Made by a program: the position numbers and the translations under genes. Below, piece after piece: positions 18,996 through 26,733 of a stretch of 64,000 nt of DNA. Position 1 is the stretch's first letter. Each line of letters begins with the position of its first letter. This DNA is from an uncultured delta proteobacterium (lineage in GTDB: Bacteria; Desulfobacterota; Desulfobacteria; Desulfobacterales; JAFDCJ01). The stretch lies in assembly GCA_963769935.1 (NCBI GenBank), contig CAVYNY010000001.1:32001-96000 (forward strand), given 5' to 3'. Under the pieces are notes generated by a model that was given only the letters and a program-made list of their open reading frames with translations, was not told the DNA's origin and did no database searches.

Positions 18996-19895
18996 ATGCG
19001 ACTGGGAATGCACACGTATAGTTTATATCATCACGGCATCGCCGAGGATTGGGCCGGTTTTCGATTGCCCTGGCCCGGACAGATGGATATATGGCAGCTG
19101 ATGGATTACATGGTGGAACTCGGTCTGGAGGGAATACACCTCGACGATAAGGCTTTTGACGCCATGGATGAAGCGTATTTCAGCCGGGTTCGTGATTATG
19201 CCCGAGCGCGAAATCTGTATCTTGAATATAACTTTGCACTGCCCAGCAAAAAATATGATTCCAGTGTCCAGCACGAAATAGAGCAAGGTATTGGTATTGC
19301 CCGAGCAATCGGGGCCGATGTTGCCAAAATCGGTATGAATTTAAGCCGCCCCCAACCGGTAGCAGCAAGCAAGTTTCATCCTCAAGTCATAGCGCAGCTT
19401 GAAGGTGTCGTAAAAAAATTGAAGAAGGCGGCATCGCTGGCCGAGCAATCAGGAGTTAAGCTTGCCGTCGAAAATCATACGGACGCATTTTCGGAAGAAG
19501 TCATCTGGGTATTGGACCGGGTCAATCATCCATTTGTCGGCGCATGCATTGACACGGTCAACGGTTTGCACGTCACCGAGAACCCGATTACGGCCGTCGA
19601 AAATTTAGCGCCCAGAGCGTTTACCAATCACTTCAGGGACAACAAAATCATCATTAAACCTTACGGGTTCGAAATGACCGGCGCTGCCGTCGGAGAAGGC
19701 GATCTCGACATGCAGCGTGCCTATGAACTGATACACCGGAATCCGGATGTGAATCGGATAAACATCGAACTGGATCTGCAGTGCCCGCTGGATAACATGC
19801 AGGAAGCGCTGCGCATCGAACGCGAGGCTCTGCAAAGAAGTATCCGGTATTGTCGGGAAATACTGGGTATCGGGAGAAAGAATCAGGGCACCTGA
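18996..19895 (+). CDS. Sugar phosphate isomerase/epimerase-like TIM-barrel protein (xylose isomerase/AP endonuclease 2 fold)
   Basis: GVKLAVENH, CIDTVN, NHFRD, VGEGDLD metal motifs; RBS aaggag. Confidence 0.82.
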   Translation: MRLGMHTYSLYHHGIAEDWAGFRLPWPGQMDIWQLMDYMVELGLEGIHLDDKAFDAMDEAYFSRVRDYARARNLYLEYNFALPSKKYDSSVQHEIEQGIGIARAIGADVAKIGMNLSRPQPVAASKFHPQVIAQLEGVVKKLKKAASLAEQSGVKLAVENHTDAFSEEVIWVLDRVNHPFVGACIDTVNGLHVTENPITAVENLAPRAFTNHFRDNKIIIKPYGFEMTGAAVGEGDLDMQRAYELIHRNPDVNRINIELDLQCPLDNMQEALRIEREALQRSIRYCREILGIGRKNQGT

Positions 19896-20026
19896 AAAAC
19901 GACTACCGGAAGTGAACGGTTCATCGGTCAGGGGTCAGGGAGCAAGGGTTAGAAAATATTGAAATAATTCGTGGTTGTTCGTGTCAATTCGTGGTTAATA
20001 AATTTTTAAAGGGCTGAAATCATATT

Positions 20027-20902
20027 TTAGGGGTTATTGTCCCGTTTTTGATGCAGGTGTTGCCGCAGCAGCTGCACGACCTCCTGATTACCCTTTTGAG
20101 ATGCCGTATGCAAAGGCGTCACACCGTTATTATTTCTGGCATTGACATCCGCGCCCGCGGCAATGAGCAGGGCGACCGTTTCCCTGTCACCGGCCAGCGC
20201 AGCCGCATGCAAAGGGGTCATGCCCTCCGCGTTTTTAACATTGACATCCGCCCCCCTGGCAATGAGCAATGCGACGGTCTCGCTGCGTCCGGCCAAAGCC
20301 GCCGCATGCAGGGGGGTCACCCCGTCTTCATCTCTGGCATTGATATCGGCGCCCTTATCGATAAGCAATGCAACGACCTCATTGTTGCCGCTCCACGCTG
20401 CTGCATGCAACGGCGTCAAGCCCTGTACATCACCGCTATTGACATCCGCGCCCTTGGCGATCAGCATTGCAGCGACCTCCAGATAGCCTCTTACCGCCGC
20501 AATATGCAAGGGCTTTTCTCCAAGTTCATCCGCAACATTTACGTCGGCACCGGCCTCAAGGAGCGCTTTGACCTGGTCGATATCATTTAATTTCACGGCT
20601 TCGCCGAGCGACAGTTTGACAGGCGGTTCTTTGGCATTCAACCGGAATTTGGTCAGCTCATCTAATTGCCCGGTCTCCGGCATGCCATCGTCTTGTTGAA
20701 AGCTCTTTACTGCTTCGGCGGTCTTCTTTCCCCAAACTCCATCGGGTTTTCCGACATCGTATCCCAGTTCGTTCAGTTTTTTCTGCGCATTATAAACCGC
20801 ATCGTCATAGCAGACCGCAGTTTCAATTCCCAAAAGCACTGCACTGCAAATGATCACCAGAATTATTATCCAAAAATTTCTCAATTGCCTGAAATTTTGC
20901 AT
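20027..20902 (-). CDS. Secreted protein with peptidoglycan-binding domain and about 6 ankyrin repeats
   Basis: Hydrophobic N-terminus; AQKKLNELGYDVGKPDGVWGKKTAEAVKSFQ..TGQLD (PG_binding_1); repeated G.TPLHAAA..G..ETVALLI..GADVN (99-bp DNA repeats). Confidence 0.9.
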   Translation of the reverse strand: MQNFRQLRNFWIIILVIICSAVLLGIETAVCYDDAVYNAQKKLNELGYDVGKPDGVWGKKTAEAVKSFQQDDGMPETGQLDELTKFRLNAKEPPVKLSLGEAVKLNDIDQVKALLEAGADVNVADELGEKPLHIAAVRGYLEVAAMLIAKGADVNSGDVQGLTPLHAAAWSGNNEVVALLIDKGADINARDEDGVTPLHAAALAGRSETVALLIARGADVNVKNAEGMTPLHAAALAGDRETVALLIAAGADVNARNNNGVTPLHTASQKGNQEVVQLLRQHLHQKRDNNP

Positions 20903-21180
20903 TGCCGACTTGCTTAAAATACCAGGGCAGTTGATCCGAGCCCGCGTGATTAACTGCCCAATTAATTTTTGGAGAGTCTGAATTTTTTCTCAATTCTTAA
21001 ATAAAAATAGCAAAAACCCTAATTTTAGTCAAGTGATCAGCCGCAAGCCGTCATTGGCGTTGCACCGTCGATGACCCCAAATGCTTTATAGCGACCACCC
21101 GGTCATGCGCCATAGAAAGCCATAATCCCCTTCCGGCAGCGGGCGAGCGACCCATCAGTTCGATCATGGATGAACTCCCG

Positions 21181-21633
21181 TCAGAGGCTTCGTTCCAGGT
21201 TAATGGTTTTGGAGGGGCTAAACCGGTTCGCGCTGAAGAAATGTATCAGTTTGGAATCATTCCAGTCGACTAAGGTATTTACTTTTTGAACGCCGAGTTT
21301 TCTCAAATGATCCATAAATTCATTAATCAACTGCTCACCGATACCCTTATGCTGGCAATTGGGATCAACGCCGATGGTATCCAGGGTCGCTTTTTCCTGG
21401 AAAATACCATATTCTCCCATATATAGCTCCCCCATTACAAACCCCACCACCGTTCCGTCTTCTTCCTCTGCCACAAGCGAAGCGGGCAAATAATCTTTGG
21501 AATTAAAAAGTTTTTCAAACTTCATTTCATAGTAATCCGGCCGGGAAGCCTTGAGTACTTTCTCGTCAATCCCAACCACCGCGTCAAAATCTTCAGCCTT
21601 CATGAGTCTGATTTTAATGGTGCTCGCGTTCAT
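21181..21633 (-). CDS. GNAT-family N-acetyltransferase
   Basis: IRLMKAEDFDAV, LDTIGVDPNCQHKGIGEQL acetyl-CoA motif A, FFSANRF; RBS aggagg. Confidence 0.88.
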   Translation of the reverse strand: MNASTIKIRLMKAEDFDAVVGIDEKVLKASRPDYYEMKFEKLFNSKDYLPASLVAEEEDGTVVGFVMGELYMGEYGIFQEKATLDTIGVDPNCQHKGIGEQLINEFMDHLRKLGVQKVNTLVDWNDSKLIHFFSANRFSPSKTINLERSL

Positions 21634-21658
21634 GGTGCCTCCTTTATCTCAATTGAAT

Positions 21659-23524
21659 TTACATCCTGACCCGTGCGCTTTGCGGGTCGTACGGCGGCTT
21701 GAGATGAACTTTGATGGGAAACAGTCGGCCGGCAACATTTATTTCGTATCTGCCCGACAGGATCCAGTCATCTCGGATGCCTGCCGGGTTTTCCAGATAG
21801 CACATGCCGATGGCACAGCCGAGCAGGTGGGAAAAGGATCCATGGGTGTTTTCGCCGATGGGTTTACCATCGCGGTAAACCGGCTCATCATGGTAGATCA
21901 ATGGCTCGGGATCTTCTATGGTAAACGTCACCAGCTTGCGCTTGATGCCGGTATCCAGCTGTTTTTTTAATGCCGCCCGGCCGATAAAATCTCCCTTGTC
22001 CATTTTAACGCAAAATCCAAGACCGGCCTCAAAGGGCGTATCGTCCGGTGTAATATCGGCGCCCCAGTGTTTATAGCCTTTTTCCAGGCGCAGCGAGTCC
22101 AGGGCATGCAGCCCCACCAGTTTGAGGTTATGCTTTTCGCCGGCGGCCATCAGAGTATCGAACACATTATTTGAAAATTCAGTCGGAATGTAAAGCTCCC
22201 ATCCCAGTTCACCGACAAAGGAAATTCTGATGGCCAGGGGTCTGGCATAGGCCGCATCGATCTCCTGTGCGGTCGCAAAGGGGAAGGCCTCGTTGGAAAG
22301 GTCGGCATACAGATTGCCGACGGCTTCGGTGACGCGGTCATAAAGATACCGGTGGTTCGCCTGCCAGCCGTGAAAGCGACGGATGTCGACCGCCCACAGG
22401 TCCTCTTCCGGATACCCCTGATCCATCCACTGGGCCAGGGCCTTGCCGGCACCGCCGGCACTGGTGATCCCCACCGAATTCATCCCGGCGGCCACGAAAA
22501 AGTTTTTCACCCCCGGGGCTTCCCCCAGCATGTAAGCTGTATCCGGCGTAAAACTCTCCGGAACGGTGGTCAAGCTGTTGACTTCCGCCTCCTCGAAGGC
22601 CGGCACTCTTTTGATGGCGTTTTTCATGAAAATTTCAAACTGGTCCCAATCTTCCTGCAGCTGGGTATAGGCAAAATCTTCGGGGATGCCTTGCGCGCCC
22701 CAAGGCTTGGCCACGGGTTCGAATCCGCCCATCAACAAACCGCCCATTTCTTCCTTGACGTAGATATAGCCGTCCATGTCCCTCAGATAGGGCATGCCTT
22801 TGTAAGTGCCCTCAATCGGGTTGGTGGACAGGTGCATGTGCTCGGCCGCGTGCAGGGGAATGCCGACCCCGACCATTTTACCGACTTGCCGGGCCCACAT
22901 GCCGGCACAGTTGACGACATATTCGCAGACGATGTCGCCCCGGTCGGTGCGAACGCCGGCAACAGCCCCTTTTTTAAGGTGAATATCGATAACCTTAATC
23001 CCTTCAATAAGGTTGGCACCCCCCATTCGAGCACCTTTGGCAAGGGCCTGGGTGGTGTCCTCCGGATTGGTGTGTCCGTCATTGGCTTGAAACCAGGCAG
23101 CCACCAAATCTCTGGTATTTAACAGCGGAAACAGCCGGCGCGCCTCCTCGAGGCTGATTTCTTCCATCGGGATGCCGAATGAGTGCGCCATGGCCATGGA
23201 ACGGTCGAACTCGCTCTTGCGGGCCTTGGTCTGGGCAACCCGGATGGAGCCGGGACGCTGATAGCCGGTTGGCTGTCCGGTTTCCGCTTCCAGGCGTGCG
23301 TACAGCTCAGCACCGTACACAGCCAGTTTGGTCAGCGCACTGTCGGACCAGAGCTGGCCCAGCAAGCCGGCCGCGGCCCAGGAAGTGCCGGAGGCAATGG
23401 TTTTACGCTCAAGTAAAACCACTTCCTGCCAGCCGATTTTGCACAAATGGTACGCAACACTGCAGCCGACTATCCCCCCGCCGATGATGACCACCCTGGC
23501 ATGGGTGGGCAGCTGTTTGGACAT
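21659..23524 (-). CDS. GcvT-family FAD-dependent (dimethylglycine/sarcosine dehydrogenase-like) oxidoreductase with an apparent in-frame internal deletion; possibly non-functional
   Basis: GGGIVG FAD motif, SGTSWAAAG, PESFTPD, FVGELGWELY, LRLEKGY, PYDP. It is 621 aa versus about 800 for the family; junction NLYAD|LSNEAFPF. Confidence 0.85.
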   Translation of the reverse strand: MSKQLPTHARVVIIGGGIVGCSVAYHLCKIGWQEVVLLERKTIASGTSWAAAGLLGQLWSDSALTKLAVYGAELYARLEAETGQPTGYQRPGSIRVAQTKARKSEFDRSMAMAHSFGIPMEEISLEEARRLFPLLNTRDLVAAWFQANDGHTNPEDTTQALAKGARMGGANLIEGIKVIDIHLKKGAVAGVRTDRGDIVCEYVVNCAGMWARQVGKMVGVGIPLHAAEHMHLSTNPIEGTYKGMPYLRDMDGYIYVKEEMGGLLMGGFEPVAKPWGAQGIPEDFAYTQLQEDWDQFEIFMKNAIKRVPAFEEAEVNSLTTVPESFTPDTAYMLGEAPGVKNFFVAAGMNSVGITSAGGAGKALAQWMDQGYPEEDLWAVDIRRFHGWQANHRYLYDRVTEAVGNLYADLSNEAFPFATAQEIDAAYARPLAIRISFVGELGWELYIPTEFSNNVFDTLMAAGEKHNLKLVGLHALDSLRLEKGYKHWGADITPDDTPFEAGLGFCVKMDKGDFIGRAALKKQLDTGIKRKLVTFTIEDPEPLIYHDEPVYRDGKPIGENTHGSFSHLLGCAIGMCYLENPAGIRDDWILSGRYEINVAGRLFPIKVHLKPPYDPQSARVRM

Positions 23525-23534
23525 GTTGACCTCC

Positions 23535-23653
23535 TTACGGCTGCTTCGGTTTCATTTCCGCCGTTTTGATAGTGATGCCGAAAAACTTAATAAGTTCCTT
23601 CATCTTCTTTCATTCAATGTTCAATGTTGGACGTTCGAGGTTCGATGTTCATT
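23535..23653 (-). mobile_element. Heptamer arm plus 22-codon remnant resembling a four-helix-bundle protein C-terminus (putative non-autonomous element)
   Basis: Minus strand aatgaacatcgaacctcgaacgtccaacattgaacattgaatg, followed by ORF 23603-23535 MKELIKFFGITIKTAEMKPKQP. Confidence 0.45.
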
Positions 23654-23777
23654 TTTTCAGTTCCTGCCACTTCAAAACAATTTACCGCTTATGGGAGGCC
23701 GCCATCCGCCCTCCTGAAGTGCAGCAAATCAAATTTTTTAATTTTATTAACAGGCAAAACCTGGTAAAGTCAATAAG

Positions 23778-24770
23778 ATGTCTCTTTCAAACGACTCAAA
23801 TCAAATCCCACAGGCTTCTGCCGCCAAAGATCCCATCAGCGCCCACCGCGCTTTTGTCTATGGTGCCTGCGGCCCCGGCTTCGGGGAAATATATGCCGGC
23901 GCCCGCCTGCGGGGCTATGCCACGCTGCTGCTGTTCATGTTTTTCACGGCCTGGTTTACCTGGTCGCTGGTCGGGGTCATAAGAGTCTTCGTGGGCCAGG
24001 TATTTGACAGCCTCAACGGTATGGCGCCGTTTGCTCTGCCGCAGATGTCTTTTACCACTGTGGCAGTTTCTTTTTTTGGGATCTATTTTACCTGGTTATG
24101 GGCCATGATCTCCTCAGTCGAGGCGGCGATCAGCAGCCGTCAAAAAGCCGGCGCAGAAGCCCAGGCCAGCGTCGGGTGGGCTGCCGCGATCGCCTGGTTT
24201 TGCCCCGGCGCCGGTCAGATTTACACGGCTGAGCGTCGCTTCGGGTTTATCCTGTTCGGGGTGTATCTTCTGGGAATACTGCTCGTTGTTCCGGCTTACC
24301 TGCAATTGTTCCAAAGCCTGTCCGAACTGGCCAAAAGCGGAAAGCTGTCGGCCCACGATCCCTTTGCAGTTATCGCCATCGTCCATGAGCTTATCGCCCG
24401 GGTGAATTACAGCTTCGGCAAGCTCTTTCAGGACGCCGTAAAGTATTTTTCAGTCGCCGGCGCTTTGGCCGCCTTAAGGCAAGGCCCCCTGATAACCGAC
24501 ACAAAATGGTTAAGGCCGTCAATGGCCTACGGCGCCGCCCTTTTGGGTCTCGGTTGGCTCTGTCCGGGCTCCGGGCAGCTGCTGCAGGGGCGCAACAGGC
24601 TCGGATGGGGCCTTTTTACCGGATATGTCGCCAGTAAGATTCTCATCGGAATTTTGCTGGGCCGGGACTTCATAACCGTTCAAAATGCGGATGCGCTGGC
24701 CTGGGTGTCCGTGATTGTGCAGTGGGTCGCCATGATCGAGGCACCGCTGGCAATGAGGAAAGCCAAATAG
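23778..24770 (+). CDS. Multi-pass membrane protein with three PG.G[EQ] (TM2/DUF5683-like) repeats
   Basis: CGPGFGEIYAG, FCPGAGQIYTA and LCPGSGQLLQG, each followed by hydrophobic helices. Confidence 0.65.
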   Translation: MSLSNDSNQIPQASAAKDPISAHRAFVYGACGPGFGEIYAGARLRGYATLLLFMFFTAWFTWSLVGVIRVFVGQVFDSLNGMAPFALPQMSFTTVAVSFFGIYFTWLWAMISSVEAAISSRQKAGAEAQASVGWAAAIAWFCPGAGQIYTAERRFGFILFGVYLLGILLVVPAYLQLFQSLSELAKSGKLSAHDPFAVIAIVHELIARVNYSFGKLFQDAVKYFSVAGALAALRQGPLITDTKWLRPSMAYGAALLGLGWLCPGSGQLLQGRNRLGWGLFTGYVASKILIGILLGRDFITVQNADALAWVSVIVQWVAMIEAPLAMRKAK

Positions 24771-24839
24771 GAAAGGGAAGTAAAGAATCCTGGCCCAGAA
24801 GGCCAGGCTTTCAATGCTGGAATAAAAAGGCCTCAATGG

Positions 24840-24893
24840 CAAGGGGCCGGATCGCTGTTTGAGCCGGCGCATGGGCCTGGATCCAGCCCCTTG
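24840..24893. terminator. Hairpin between convergent genes
   Basis: caaggggccggatc ... gatccagccccttg imperfect inverted repeat. Confidence 0.35.
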
Positions 24894-24960
24894 ACCTTTT
24901 CGGATCAACGGCTTCTATGGTTTGACAAATCGTACTGAACTTGATCGATGAATATGCGAC

Positions 24961-25338
24961 TCATCCACCCAGCTGCAGTTTGATCCATTCTGCAGGGCGG
25001 CCCCGCTCATCATCTACAAATCTAACCTCGGCCGACATACCTTTTTTGCAATCTGCCAGTGCGCCGTAAACATTTTTTTGATTCAGTCTGCTCTTGTCCA
25101 GGTATATCTTCGTATTTTCAGTCACCTGGACGTTGTAACTGCCGGTGGCGTTCGACAGGGTAAGGGCGCCATTTTGAGCATCAACACGCTCGATTTTTCC
25201 GATAACCGTTAATTTTCCGGACACCCCGGGCGACTGGCCGAGTGGAATATACAACTCCGTTGTTTTCTCGGCGAGTGCCTGGGACAGGACACCCACCAGA
25301 CCAACTATAATTGCGACGAATAGAATTCGTTTCAGCAT
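24961..25338 (-). CDS. Small secreted hypothetical protein (OB-fold-like pattern)
   Basis: Signal peptide ending QALA; GKIERVD..LTL..VTENTKIY..LADCKKGMSAEV; RBS ggaggtg. Confidence 0.65.
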   Translation of the reverse strand: MLKRILFVAIIVGLVGVLSQALAEKTTELYIPLGQSPGVSGKLTVIGKIERVDAQNGALTLSNATGSYNVQVTENTKIYLDKSRLNQKNVYGALADCKKGMSAEVRFVDDERGRPAEWIKLQLGG

Positions 25339-25377
25339 GGCTGTTCACCTCCCTTGGGTTTACCTTGCAAGATATAT

Positions 25378-26733
25378 TCAGGAAGCTTCAACGAGTTCAT
25401 TGCGGGCTTTTTCCTGCAGTTTGATAGCCTCCCGGGCATGACGCGCTTTTAAAAATATGCTGTGCTTCGCTTTCTTGGTCGAGTTCATGGCTTCTTCCAA
25501 ATAGATCACGGCCGCAGGATGCAGCCCGCCGCCCTTGAGCACCCTGATGCTGTTTCCGGTTTCAACCAGCGCTGAATCCAGCAGATCTTCGCCGGCCTGC
25601 ACGGATTGGAAATTTTTGGCTGCAAATTTCTCCAGCATTTCAATACTCTCACGAATATTTTCCAGCGTATTGATAACCCGCAGGAAGGCGGCGATCTCGA
25701 CGATCTGGGTGCCGTCCAGTTCAATACCGCTGCCGGTGGCGTTTATGATCAGCTGCGCTGCAGGTGAATTGTTAAAGGATTCCCCATCGTAGAAGCCGAC
25801 CGCCCCCTCGATGGTTTCAATCGAATTGTTGTGGAAAAACGGTCCGCTGTCGGCTGCCTCGACCAGTGAAGGCACATTGAAAGTGCCGTCGCCGGGCGTG
25901 CCGAATCCGTCATCGGGCGGCACCAGCTCTCCGGTCAGACGGGCGGGCTGATCGGGCAGATCCTCCACGCCGGTATTAAAATTCTGATTGCCGGTATTTT
26001 GACCAAAAACAGCCGGATCTGCGTTGGCACCGGCATTGAAGTGGCACGCAAAGCATTTGCCCTCCGTCGGACTGAGGAAAATCTCCTGTCCTCGCTTGGC
26101 AACCGTGCCTTTGAGCGGCAAGGGCAAAGTCAATTCACTCTGCCGGCCGAGGGATAATTGAAACGCTTCCAGGGCGTCGAGTTCCTCGTCGGTGGGGAGA
26201 CGGAAATCCACACCGGGAATCCGATTGAGTGTTTTGGTGAAGTGTTGGATGACCGCGCCGGTGGCAAATGACCGCAGGGAACCGTCACCCGGCGCGCCAT
26301 CGCCCGACCATCCGGTTCGCGGCCCCTTGTTGCTGTTCACTGAAAACCGAAGGCCCCGCAGGTGGGGTATCCCGCGCTGGGTGAATTTGTTGGCTAGATC
26401 GTCGAAGCCGTCCAGGTTTTCGATAATTAATCCAAATTCCCGCATCAGCCGGGGATTCTCGAAATTTTCTTTCAGCGCCGGATTGAATTCGGCGACAAAC
26501 AGCGGATTATCGGCCGGCAAGGCGGCAATAAAGGCGGGGTCGATGGTGAAGTTGTTTTCCGCCGGGTGGCAGGAGCCGCAGGTTCGGCCATTGCCGCCAA
26601 ATGTTTCATTGAAGAAAATTTCCTTGCCTTTGGCGATCAGCGCCTCATTCGGATCCGGAGGTTGCGGCGGCGACGGCAGGTGGCAGCCGGCGGCCAGTAA
26701 TACCCCGCAAATGAGCACTCCAATCTTTTTCAT
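25378..26733 (-). CDS. Di-heme cytochrome c lipoprotein, bacterial cytochrome c peroxidase/MauG superfamily
   Basis: Lipobox LLAAG-C; two CxxCH motifs (CGSCH, CFACH); FNVPSL..GPFFHNNS; RBS aaggag. Confidence 0.8.
   Translation of the reverse strand: MKKIGVLICGVLLAAGCHLPSPPQPPDPNEALIAKGKEIFFNETFGGNGRTCGSCHPAENNFTIDPAFIAALPADNPLFVAEFNPALKENFENPRLMREFGLIIENLDGFDDLANKFTQRGIPHLRGLRFSVNSNKGPRTGWSGDGAPGDGSLRSFATGAVIQHFTKTLNRIPGVDFRLPTDEELDALEAFQLSLGRQSELTLPLPLKGTVAKRGQEIFLSPTEGKCFACHFNAGANADPAVFGQNTGNQNFNTGVEDLPDQPARLTGELVPPDDGFGTPGDGTFNVPSLVEAADSGPFFHNNSIETIEGAVGFYDGESFNNSPAAQLIINATGSGIELDGTQIVEIAAFLRVINTLENIRESIEMLEKFAAKNFQSVQAGEDLLDSALVETGNSIRVLKGGGLHPAAVIYLEEAMNSTKKAKHSIFLKARHAREAIKLQEKARNELVEAS

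Noticed and set aside
23525..23777. Glycine riboswitch upstream of the GcvT-family gene
   Set aside because: No GGAGA..CCGAAG..CTCTCAGG aptamer core seen; the space is taken by a heptamer arm.
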